DNA of 64,000 nt, from the IMG/VR virus record IMGVR_UViG_3300045125_000071, positions 124,001-188,000 of that record. One strand, given 5' to 3'. This document shows, piece by piece, positions 25,372-34,592 of the stretch. Position 1 is the stretch's first letter. Each line of letters starts with the position of its first letter. The notes under the pieces were generated by a model. It was not told the DNA's origin. It worked only from the letters and a program-made list of their open reading frames with translations, and did not search any database. A program made the position numbers and the translations under genes.

Positions 25372-26279
25372 TCAATAATATCTATTATTAACTAAAAAAT
25401 AAATCAAGTTCTTCCATTCTTCTTTTTGTAAACCCCGCATGAATTTACCGTTATCATAAACATATTGCAACCAGTATGTTTTGATTGCTTTTGGGTCTTC
25501 ACTATTAATTGCGTTTTTCAATCCATCGCCAAGACTCCCAACATTGTATAGAAAAATTGCTAAAGCATCGAACTCATTTTGACTAAGAGGAACTGAAATA
25601 TCTTTTTTAATTTCTGGCAAAACTTTTTCATTCATATGGCTCATTAGATATTTTGCAGCCATTGCTTTAGATATGTGGAATTTGGTTCCTTTTTGATATT
25701 TCTTTAATTCTGGATGGTTTTTAACCAATGTACCATAGCCAATGGTCAATGCTCCGCCACACGGTTTTGATGTTGGTGCGTCAGGACAATGGTCATCATA
25801 AACCTGGCTTCTGAAATCTTCCGTTTTTTGTGATTGCAATATTTGAATCGCAAGTCTTGAATATGTTTTAGCTGCTGGTTTACCAACAGGTAACGCATAT
25901 ACATGAAATATTCTGTTTTTTCCAAACTTGCCAATTTTTATCAATTTTGCTTTCGGATTCTTTGTTTTTACCATATCACAAGAAGGACATTTTCCATTAT
26001 CAATCTCTTCAGAAAAAGGAATCAACAAAATGACAGGCTTTTCATTTTCAGCCGTCTCAAATTTCAAAATAGATTTTCCCATATCTGATAATGTTATTTG
26101 GATGGATTTTAAAACAATTTTTTTCCTTTTGTAAGTGTTTTCACTTTTTTATAAAAATTATTTAATGTCACATCCTGTATGGTATAATTTTGTGGTTTTA
26201 TAGATAATTCGTTTTCATTTATTAATGTTTTTATAACAATCGATAATTGAGATTCTGTCAGTTTAATAAAATTTGGCAT
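25372..26279 (-). CDS. GH24 phage lysozyme with N-terminal extension and shared leader (frameshifted)
   Basis: VYDD...LTIGYGT; LSQNEFDAL..FLYNVG; W..YVY.NGK..RGL; start MPNFIKLTESQL. Confidence 0.8.
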
Positions 26280-26327
26280 TATGTAACTATTTTCTGATAG
26301 ATAAATATTTATATAATAAAATAATCA

Positions 26328-27068
26328 TGAAGAATAACATTATATTAACGGAATCACAATTGAAAAGAATAATTGAGAAAGTAATTGCTGAGCAAGATAA
26401 ATCATACACTGTTGGCGATTTAAAAAATATGGGCTTGCTTGGTGGTAAACCACCAACACAACAATGGACACCGCCAGCACGTGGTGAAAAATATGGTGAA
26501 AGTAGAGGTCCTGGTAGAATTGCAAAAGAAGGAAATATAAGACCTTCCATAACATTGCCGAGTGGTTTATTCAAAAATGGAATTGATAGAATTGATACAA
26601 GTTCTGTTGAATTTAAAAATGGTATAAACGCAATTGCTGATGCGGTCAAAAAAAGGGACAAAATATAACGGTATTCGTTGAGGGTGGAGCATCGGCTGTC
26701 GGTCAAGTAGAAGGATATGATAATAATGCATTAGCAAGTAGAAGAGCGCGCAATTTTATTGCACAAGCACAAAAAATGTTCCCATCTATAAATTTCAAAA
26801 CATCAACAAAAGTGGGTGTATCGACACGAAAAAATTCACCAGAAGCGGAAAGTGAGCAATATGTTAAATTGATGTTTCCTGGCGAAATGTCACCAGAAAA
26901 AAATATCAAGCGGTTGATAATACACAACTGGTAATGAATTATCGTAAACCAAAGAAACCAGTAGAAACCAAAAAATAGATTATAAAACATATTATAAGGT
27001 ATGTTATTGGATACCAGAAGAGTATTATAGCCAAGTAATGTCTTTAATTCAAAAAGTTGGGGGTCTAG
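26328..27068 (+). CDS. putative virion protein with shared leader, OmpA-C-like (frameshifted, end approximate)
   Basis: MKNNIILTESQLKRIIEKVIAEQ; VEGGASAVG...NNALASRRARNF after the frameshift. Confidence 0.55.
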
Positions 27069-27086
27069 AAGTATAATAAAATAATC

Positions 27087-27161
27087 ATGAAGAATTACAT
27101 TATATTGACAGAATCTCAATTAATACAAGTTATAAAGACTATTATAGCTGAAGGCAAATAA
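27087..27161 (+). CDS. 24-aa peptide consisting only of the shared leader
   Basis: MKNYIILTESQLIQVIKTIIAEGK*; 5' region duplicates that of the 26328 gene. Confidence 0.5.
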   Translation: MKNYIILTESQLIQVIKTIIAEGK

Positions 27162-27193
27162 TTATTTCCATTCTCTTTTAATTAAATGGATAT

Positions 27194-27658
27194 ATGAGAA
27201 TAAAGAAGGGAAAACACGGGAACATTCATTTACCAAGAATCGTATCACCAAAGAAGGAATTGAAACGTCAAGCAACGTTCACCGATTCATGCAGATATGA
27301 TATTGGTGATGACCAAAGCGATATCAATAAGTTATATGGAATCGGGTTTTTACCATGGCACAGAAAGAATTCAATAAGATTTGGTTGGAGATATGTGAAG
27401 GAAACCGATAAGATTGAAATCCTGGCGTATTGGTATATAAACAGCACCAGATACAATGAAAGCATATGTTTTGTGGATATCAATCAGAAATGTGCATACA
27501 GCATCAAATGGATTGGCAATGGTTATGAATTGAAGGTGGATGACATATCAAAGACAATCAATATGGGTAGCCATAATTTTGGTTTATATGTTATATCCAT
27601 ACTTCGGCGGGAATATGAAAGCCCCACATGATATTGTTATTGAAATTTCATCCCACTA
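27194..27658 (+). CDS. hypothetical protein (frameshift near 3' end)
   Basis: ORF 27194-27631. Confidence 0.6.
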
Positions 27659-27853
27659 ATCCTTAAGTTTTATATTAGTTATGAATATTAAATAAAATAC
27701 CCCAAAAATTTTTTTCACTTTGGGCATTATTTTCTAAGTTTTCAGTTTTTTACCAAAAATTTTTTCACATTTACCAATAAAATCCAATTTCCCAGAAAAA
27801 ATTTGGAATATATAGTATATTTGTGTAAATTTCATTTATTAAAAAGTTTAAAC

Positions 27854-28406
27854 ATGGAAAAAACAAAAATCGTTAAAAATAACGAAATGACCGCAGAAAT
27901 TCTCAAGGAAATGTCAGAAGAAGGGTTTTGGATTTTATTCGAAAGACTTTCATTGAAAAACAATTATCCTGAAATATTTCAGCATATTAATTGTACAACC
28001 TGGTGAAGAATCTTTTCTTAGAGAAAGAATTGAAGATGAAATTGAATATTTACAAAATTACCTTAATGATAAAGAAAAAAATTGGAGTAAACACAAACGT
28101 ACTTACCAATTATTAGATAAAGAACATATGAGGTTTGACCAAAGTGGCTACGAGTCAGTAACGGGTGAGGTAACAATACACAATACGGGAATATTAAATA
28201 AATTCGCTGATTTGGGAATATATGATTATACAAGTTTCCTATTCTTGGATTTCTATAAAGGCAGTGGAACCATATATTTGAAATATTGGGACAATGACGA
28301 GTATCTTGAAGAAGATGATTTAGGTGGTCTTACTACATCTGAAATAATATATAGGATTTTTGAATTGACGATTTTTACAAATAAAGTAAAAGAAAGAAGA
28401 TGGTGA
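27854..28406 (+). CDS. hypothetical protein (frameshifted)
   Basis: Frame of ORF 28128-28406 is open upstream (NWSKHKRTYQLLDKEHMRFDQ) and joins MEKTKIVKNNE at 27854. Confidence 0.5.
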
Positions 28407-28507
28407 AATGACAAAAAATTTTTTTTCAATTTTACTATATTTTTCCAAAAAAAATTTTTGTTACGGGATTGACCCCTGTTTAGACCCCCTAAAAATGCCT
28501 ATATAGA

Positions 28508-28561
28508 GGGGGGATACCATGGGGGAGGGGGTAGGTAGGGTGCATATAGGTAGGTAGGGGG
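28508..28561 (+). other. G-run tract (G-quadruplex-like) at the array boundary
   Basis: Several G3-G6 runs and GGTAGG repeats, preceded by C-runs at 28472-28489. Confidence 0.6.
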
Positions 28562-28562
28562 T

Positions 28563-28577
28563 AAACTAGACAAAATC
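28563..28577. repeat. cassette palindrome 1 (right arm only)
   Basis: AAACTAGACAAAATC; left arm replaced by the G-tract. Confidence 0.85.
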
Positions 28578-28698
28578 CAGCCGCCCCCCGTACCTGCTGA
28601 ACTTCAGCATGGCTTTAACAAATGATTAACCTATTGTGTGTTCGTATATGGATATGTTTCGTATATTTGCTTATTCAATCACCTAAACCTTTTACGCC

Positions 28699-28989
28699 AT
28701 GCAAATCAAGACTTCTTACGCGCACCCAGTGAACTTCAGTGTTGATGTGAACATCGAAGACGGTTTCATCAGTTATAATGTTAAGGTATCCGAAACCGAG
28801 TTGGAGATTACCTACTCATATGCCGATACTCGCACGGGTGTAACCAAGGCGCAGATTAATGCGGGTGCAGACTTCATCCGCGAGAGCCTCAAAAATCGCA
28901 CCCTGCACCTGCCCACCTTCATTCCCATTGCAGACATCGCAGATGTTGACCAATGGGATGGTGTTGCGGAGCAAGTGTATCCCGAATAG
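28699..28989 (+). CDS. cassette 1 hypothetical protein (paralog of 31820)
   Basis: Lies between promoter and terminator; LHLPTFIP...QWDG shared with 31820. Confidence 0.85.
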   Translation: MQIKTSYAHPVNFSVDVNIEDGFISYNVKVSETELEITYSYADTRTGVTKAQINAGADFIRESLKNRTLHLPTFIPIADIADVDQWDGVAEQVYPE

Positions 28990-29068
28990 GCTCACCACAC
29001 ACATTCAATGCCCACCGATTGGTGGGCATTTTTTTTGCCCCAACCCGACGGGGACTCGACCGCCGTTA

Positions 29069-29113
29069 GATTTTCTCTAGTTTCAAAGTGCTATGATAAA
29101 ACTAGAGAAAATC
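29069..29113. repeat. cassette palindrome 2
   Basis: GATTTTCTCTAGTTT-N15-AAACTAGAGAAAATC (compensatory change in both arms). Confidence 0.95.
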
Positions 29114-29255
29114 TCGGAAGCCCCAGATTCCTCCTCGGTTGGTTTAACAATACATTAGCGATGTATTAACATGATATTAGCAAAAGGTGAGCGTATCTTT
29201 GTGGCTCACCTAAACCACCGCATGAGTCGAGCGGTTCACCAAACGACACCACACC

Positions 29256-29699
29256 ATGGCAAACCCAATGCCCGCTGCTTCTCTCCTGCACCTGATTTCC
29301 GAAGAAACCAAAGAACTGAAGGGCGCACCCTTCACCGTGCGTTCCAAGCGCACGGGCGTAGACTTCACCTACAAGGTGACCCAGTCCGTTTTCAAGGACG
29401 TGCGCTACTTTCACGTCAAGGTCGAGAAGATGCTTGATGGCATCCTCGGCTTTTACTACCTCGGCTACTTCCGTGCCGATGAGGGGAAGATTTTTGCCAA
29501 AGGTCGTGTGCCCGTGGAAACCCCTTCTGCCCTCGCCATTGGCTGGGTGCTGCGCAAGGCATTCGCAAAGGATGCTGCTGCGCTTGATGAGGGCGTGGAA
29601 GCGTTCAACCTCGGTTCGTGCTGCGTGTGTGGTAAGCGTCTGTCCGATGCTCGTAGCATCGAGTTGGGTATTGGTCCCGTCTGCCGTGGTGAGCGTTAA
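29256..29699 (+). CDS. DUF6011-like zinc-finger domain protein
   Basis: C-terminal CCVCGKRLSDARSIELGIGPVC. Confidence 0.7.
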   Translation: MANPMPAASLLHLISEETKELKGAPFTVRSKRTGVDFTYKVTQSVFKDVRYFHVKVEKMLDGILGFYYLGYFRADEGKIFAKGRVPVETPSALAIGWVLRKAFAKDAAALDEGVEAFNLGSCCVCGKRLSDARSIELGIGPVCRGER

Positions 29700-29935
29700 T
29701 CGCTTTCATCCCCGATATTGAAACCCCGTCCATGTGACGGGGTTTTTTGTTTCTATCCCTAAACGAATTTAAAGCCTTTTACGGGCGTTTCTTGTTCCAA
29801 TAGTATCCTACTATTGTTTTCTGATTATCGTCTATTGTAGGGGGTTCTAAAACGATTAAGCAAAACGGACAACCAAAACGTGGGAACAGACATTCTTGCT
29901 GTGAGGCTGAAGCGACGGGACGCTTCCCCAGTTCG

Positions 29936-29980
29936 GATTTTGTCTAGTTTTATGTTATTGTTGTGAAACTAGACAAAATC
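29936..29980. repeat. cassette palindrome 3
   Basis: Consensus arms, N15. Confidence 0.95.
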
Positions 29981-30123
29981 TTGCCGCCCGTACCTGCTGA
30001 GCGATGGGGTTTGTCTTTAACAATACATTAGCAATGTATTAACATTTTATTTGGAAATTGTGTGCGTATCTTTGTGGCTCACCTAAACCACCGCATGAGC
30101 CGAGCGGACAAACGGCACACACC

Positions 30124-30495
30124 ATGGGTCTTGATATGTACATTCAGCGCCGAGTTAATGGCGGTCAGTCCGAGCAGGTTGGCTACTTTCGGAAATTCTA
30201 CGCCCTCCATGATTGGATTGGCATTCATGTGGGTGAGGTTGAGAACCTTGCCCCCGTTGTCCTGTCCGAGGAAGTCCTTCAGAACTTGTCCATGACGTTG
30301 GAAAATGTCATGGATTGTCCCGAATTGGCTCGCCTGACCTTTCCACCCGAAAAGAACTACGGGGATATTGACCCGTGGTATTTCCATCGGGTCGGAACTG
30401 CCTTGGAGTTGGTGTGGAAACTCCGTATGGAGGCTTCCGTTGCCCTTCAAGAGCGTGGCGAAGTCCACGAACTTGAATATGTGGCGTGGTGGTGA
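30124..30495 (+). CDS. MGLDMY-family phage protein (paralog of 53013)
   Basis: MGLDMY...VGYFRKFYALHDWI...YVAWW. Confidence 0.8.
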   Translation: MGLDMYIQRRVNGGQSEQVGYFRKFYALHDWIGIHVGEVENLAPVVLSEEVLQNLSMTLENVMDCPELARLTFPPEKNYGDIDPWYFHRVGTALELVWKLRMEASVALQERGEVHELEYVAWW

Positions 30496-30717
30496 CCTTG
30501 CCCGTATCCCACAAAGCCCGTCCGATGTGACGGGCTTTTTTATTTTCATCCCTTACCCAATTTCAAGCCCATTACGGGCTTTTTTCATTACTGATGGTAT
30601 CTACATATCACCCGAAGATTATCGTTCAATTTTGGGCGTTATAATGCGTTTAAGCAAATGGTCATCCAAAACGTGGGAACAACGATTTCCCTGGCGACGG
30701 GACGCTTCCCCAGTTCG

Positions 30718-30765
30718 GATTTTGTCTAGTTTTAGATTTTAATAGTTTCAAAACTAAACAAAATC
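30718..30765. repeat. cassette palindrome 4
   Basis: N18, right arm AAACTAAACAAAATC. Confidence 0.95.
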
Positions 30766-30959
30766 TGCCCGTCCAAAGCCAGGTCGCAGACTGCCAAAAT
30801 CCTTTAACAATACATTAGCACATCATTAACATTATATTTGCATATTGCACCCTATCTTTGTTGCAGTTCTTTGATAGACGGACTATCTTACATAGCCTTG
30901 CAGGTGCAAGGTGGGTAGATGATATTTTAACTTTTTTTCACCTAAAAAAACCTAAACAC

Positions 30960-31556
30960 ATGGCACAGAAAGTTCAAATGAGCGTACTTGATTTCGTATT
31001 ATTTATGCTCCGTTTCACGCACCGCCACATGGCAGGATTGACCGCTGAAACCTGCCTTGATAATGCCCAAATGAAGGGTGGTAAAGCCACCGCTGCAAAG
31101 TATGGTGGTTATGTCACGAAGTTGTCACGGATAACGTGGAATCACTCCGTGGACTACGAAAACGCAGTCAAAAACAAACTTGTAAAGTTTGGTCTTGACC
31201 CCGAAGCGTTTATCGCAGGTGAGCATAGGTTTGCAAAACGTGCGCTTTGTGACGGAAAGTTGACCACTATGGCTTATCACAAAGATGATGAACATCTACC
31301 TATATCCGAGCGTAGGTGGTATCTTGTGGCTTACATCATGGACGGCATCGTAAAAAGCAAATATGCTTACACGGATGCCAACGGCAACGAAGTTGATGCT
31401 GATACGCTCCATGCCGACCTTTATGATAAGCGTTCACGCAAACAAGCGGATGCAGGTCTAACGGAAATTGAGCAGCAGGTAATCTATCGGAATTATTCGG
31501 TGGAAAATTTGCGGAACATTCGCTTTGAAGGCTACGATATTGACATCGTGCAGTAA
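30960..31556 (+). CDS. hypothetical phage protein
   Basis: Start MAQKVQMSV after a CCTAAACAC leader; terminator follows. Confidence 0.8.
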   Translation: MAQKVQMSVLDFVLFMLRFTHRHMAGLTAETCLDNAQMKGGKATAAKYGGYVTKLSRITWNHSVDYENAVKNKLVKFGLDPEAFIAGEHRFAKRALCDGKLTTMAYHKDDEHLPISERRWYLVAYIMDGIVKSKYAYTDANGNEVDADTLHADLYDKRSRKQADAGLTEIEQQVIYRNYSVENLRNIRFEGYDIDIVQ

Positions 31557-31648
31557 TACAATGCCACCCGAAAGGGTGGCATTTTTTTTGGCTAAAATTT
31601 AACGTTAACAAACCCTTAACAATCGGAAAATCTGGCTGCCACCGTTCG

Positions 31649-31693
31649 GATTTTGTTTAGTTTTAGATTGGTATTACAAAACTAGACAAAATC
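31649..31693. repeat. cassette palindrome 5
   Basis: Left arm GATTTTGTTTAGTTT, N15. Confidence 0.95.
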
Positions 31694-31819
31694 TGCGCTG
31701 GGGACGCTGGCTGAGGCACGGGTGGGTTGCGCTTTAACATATGATTAACCCCAAGTATTATGTGGGGATGAATATGCGATGTATATTTGCTTATTCAATC
31801 ACCCCTAAATCTTTAAGTC

Positions 31820-32109
31820 ATGCAAATTAATGGTTCTTACGCCCTCCCAAGCATCTTCAATGTTTCAGTTGAATTCAGTGACAACAGGAACATCACCTAC
31901 AAGGTAGAAGCCGACATCGAAAAAAGGAAGTCGCTATTTCCGTGGATTTGGCTGATGGCACTTTCACGGATGCGGAACGTGAGGAAGGTGCGAATTTCAT
32001 CTGTGCGAGTCTTGTGGATGGCTCTTTACATCTGCCCTCGTTCATCCCTCTGTCCGATGTGGAGGACATTGAGCAGTGGGATGGCATCCATGAGGCTCTC
32101 CAAGCCTGA
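31820..32109 (+). CDS. paralog of 28699 protein (frameshift in A-run at ~31920)
   Basis: Shifted frame gives EEGANFICASLVDGSLHLPSFIPLSDVEDIEQWDGIHEALQA*, which aligns to 28699. Confidence 0.8.
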
Positions 32110-32206
32110 CAATCCTCGAAACGGATTCGATGCCCGACCGAAAGGTTGGGCATTTTTTGCGCTTGAGTGGCGGAAGTTCTGGATACCTGCTGGTTCCCAG
32201 TCAGAG

Positions 32207-32251
32207 GATTTTGTTTAGTTTTAGAAGGGTATTACAAAACTAGACGAAATC
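32207..32251. repeat. cassette palindrome 6
   Basis: N15, right arm AAACTAGACGAAATC. Confidence 0.95.
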
Positions 32252-32384
32252 CAACAGGTGACAGCCAGGAAGTGTGCAACGTATTTGCGGTGGATATGTT
32301 GTGAAAACATTAACATTATATTTTTGGTTATGGTCATGTTCTTTGTATATTTGATTATTATTACACCTTAAACCTTTAATCGTT

Positions 32385-32711
32385 ATGAACAACTACATCA
32401 TCATCAGTCGCACCTTTGTTGAGGTTACCCCCGATAGCGCAGAGGACGGGGAATTTTCCGACCACGGCTTCATTGACGAGCGTGTTGAGGTCACCTTCCC
32501 CGAATTGGTAGACCTCATGTACGAACACTGCCACCCCTCATGTTCCCCCAATGACGGAGGAACGGATGTATGGTACTCAACCGAGATGTACACTTCCGAT
32601 TTTGGGGATGGAACGAACCGCCAAGAAAGCATCCACTTCCATAAGGATAACACCCCGAACATCGCCAAATATTGGAAAATGGCGGCAAGGGCGGCAGGAC
32701 TTGTGGAGTAG
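32385..32711 (+). CDS. hypothetical phage protein
   Basis: 108 aa between promoter and terminator. Confidence 0.8.
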   Translation: MNNYIIISRTFVEVTPDSAEDGEFSDHGFIDERVEVTFPELVDLMYEHCHPSCSPNDGGTDVWYSTEMYTSDFGDGTNRQESIHFHKDNTPNIAKYWKMAARAAGLVE

Positions 32712-32789
32712 TCGCCCACCACCCCCGAACATCCCAGCAGAGATGCTGGGATTTTTTTGCTCTAATAGAACTTCAGGCCCACAGCTCCA

Positions 32790-32838
32790 GATTTTATCTA
32801 GTTTTAAAACTAATCGTATTACAAAACTAGACGAAATC
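32790..32838. repeat. cassette palindrome 7
   Basis: N19. Confidence 0.95.
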
Positions 32839-32967
32839 TACCCGTCCCGCGTGCCTCAAGTGCCTGAAGTACCACTTGTTCCCCTTTGTGATAACATTAA
32901 CAATCAATTTGATTGTTTTTAGTTTATGTGGTGTATATTTGCTTATTCAATCACCTAAACCAATTTT

Positions 32968-33084
32968 ATGAAGCACTTTATTTTTCTTCTCATTCTTACG
33001 GCTATTTATTTCATTTTGTTTCTCACAATTTTTCTGCCATATTTCTTGTGGCATTTCAAAAACACCCCCAACTCGCTCATGTGA
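32968..33084 (+). CDS. small membrane peptide (38 aa)
   Basis: MKHFIFLLILTAIYFILFLTIFLPYFLWHFKNTPNSLM, directly after promoter. Confidence 0.6.
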   Translation: MKHFIFLLILTAIYFILFLTIFLPYFLWHFKNTPNSLM

Positions 33085-33154
33085 ATAAGGGTTACATTCA
33101 GAAAGTAAGAAAAGTTTTCATAAACGATTCAAAACGCCCCCAAACTTTCTGAAC

Positions 33155-33286
33155 ATGAAAAAAATCATCTTCCTTCTGTTCGTATCCATTTTTTTTGCAT
33201 CTTGCATGACCACTCGCACAAAAGTCGGTGGGTGCTACTACTACTATCGACCGAGCATGAAAAACGCCAAATGGCGTTATCTATAA
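33155..33286 (+). CDS. small lipoprotein (43 aa)
   Basis: MKKIIFLLFVSIFFAS-C signal peptidase II lipobox; terminator follows. Confidence 0.7.
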   Translation: MKKIIFLLFVSIFFASCMTTRTKVGGCYYYYRPSMKNAKWRYL

Positions 33287-33372
33287 TTTTCATATGGCAA
33301 GCATCGTTCCCCCTGACATTTCCATGTCGGGGGTTTTTTTGTCCACCAGCATAACCTGGCTGGATGAATCTG

Positions 33373-33417
33373 GATTTTGTCTAGTTTTACAACAGTATTG
33401 CCAAACTAGACGAAATC
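33373..33417. repeat. cassette palindrome 8
   Basis: N15. Confidence 0.95.
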
Positions 33418-33531
33418 TGGAGCTGTTCGAGTCGTCCCTCAACAGTTCGAGACGTTATGAGAACATTAACACTCGATTTGTTTGTGTTTCGGTATTTATC
33501 AGTATATTTGTATAACAAAACACAATACGCC

Positions 33532-33693
33532 ATGAAAAAAGATTATCTACTACGGATTTCCATGTTGCTTCTGCACACCATCTATGTGCTGACCGCTTTT
33601 CCCATCTTGGTATTACAATCCATATGGAAATGGAAGGTGGAATTATTGGATAACCTTTTTACAATTACTTCAGACATTGGCGCATCCTTCTAA
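33532..33693 (+). CDS. small membrane protein (53 aa)
   Basis: One TM helix; lies between promoter and terminator. Confidence 0.65.
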   Translation: MKKDYLLRISMLLLHTIYVLTAFPILVLQSIWKWKVELLDNLFTITSDIGASF

Positions 33694-33839
33694 AAATGTT
33701 CTTCAAGGAGCGTGAACCCAATAGTTACGCAAACTATTATCAGCACATCAGTTTAAAATAGTTCAAGGGTTATAGGTGAAACCCCGTCCGAAAGGGCGGG
33801 GATTTTTTGCCCTGAAGAATACGGCGGCTTCCCTGGTGA

Positions 33840-33884
33840 GATTTTGTCTAGTTTCAAAGTGTTATGATAAAACTAGACGAAATC
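33840..33884. repeat. cassette palindrome 9
   Basis: N15. Confidence 0.95.
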
Positions 33885-33993
33885 TGACCTGATGCGGGCT
33901 GGACCTGCTGGTGGTGGGTATCTTGTGAAAACATTAACATTTGAAAACATCGTATTACCGATATGGGGTGTATATTTGCATAAACAATAAGAC

Positions 33994-34179
33994 ATGAAAC
34001 TGAATATCGCAACAAAACTGAACGAACTTCAAGAGGAGGTTCTGAAAATTGAAAACGAGGATGCCCGTCACTTTGAAATCAAAGAAATTGCCGAGATGGT
34101 AACGGCATGGTATGATGGAAATGTCGAGAGGCGCAGAAGGATTGCAGAAGAAAAAAACTTCACCAAACAACACCAGTAA
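33994..34179 (+). CDS. hypothetical protein
   Basis: Follows promoter. Confidence 0.7.
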   Translation: MKLNIATKLNELQEEVLKIENEDARHFEIKEIAEMVTAWYDGNVERRRRIAEEKNFTKQHQ

Positions 34180-34180
34180 T

Positions 34181-34339
34181 ATGCACATCACAAGACATCG
34201 CACGAAACTCGCATGGAGGTGCTTCAAAAAGTATCTTCAAGACAAAAGCATCCCAAATGTGTTCGCTCGTGTTTATTGGGCGTTCATGTCCGCACGTTGG
34301 TATTTCCTTTATCCCAAATGTAGTTTCCAAAAAGATTAG
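34181..34339 (+). CDS. small basic protein (52 aa)
   Basis: MHITRHRTKLAWRCF...; coupled to upstream stop. Confidence 0.55.
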   Translation: MHITRHRTKLAWRCFKKYLQDKSIPNVFARVYWAFMSARWYFLYPKCSFQKD

Positions 34340-34437
34340 GGTTTAGGTGTTTTTTCATAGGTTAGCAATCATCCCCCGACATTTCCATGTCGGGGATTTT
34401 TTTGCTCAGCCAATGAAGTCCTGGTTTCCCCGTGTAA

Positions 34438-34482
34438 GATTTTGTCTAGTTTTAAAAACGTATTACAAAACTAGACAAAATC
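34438..34482. repeat. cassette palindrome 10
   Basis: Consensus arms, N15. Confidence 0.95.
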
Positions 34483-34592
34483 TGACCTGATGCTGTGCAG
34501 GTAGGTTGCACAGCAAAACGGTTTAACAACGTGTTAACAACATCATTCGGATATGGGGTGTATATTTGCATAAACATTAAAACCTAAACACT

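Larger units (their letters stand above)
1614..26327. promoter_or_regulatory. recurrent TATTTAT(A) motif shortly upstream of starts (putative phage late promoter)
   Basis: Coding-strand TATTTAT upstream of starts at 1614, 13615, 15016, 17038, 17994, 21298, 21388, 25101, 25355, 26328. Confidence 0.55.

Noticed and set aside
1-28400. Giant virus (NCLDV) or bacterial chromosome origin for the AT-rich half
   Set aside because: Peptidoglycan hydrolases, bacterial promoters and terminators, and phage-type gene density point to a bacteriophage. No housekeeping operons or NCLDV core genes are seen.
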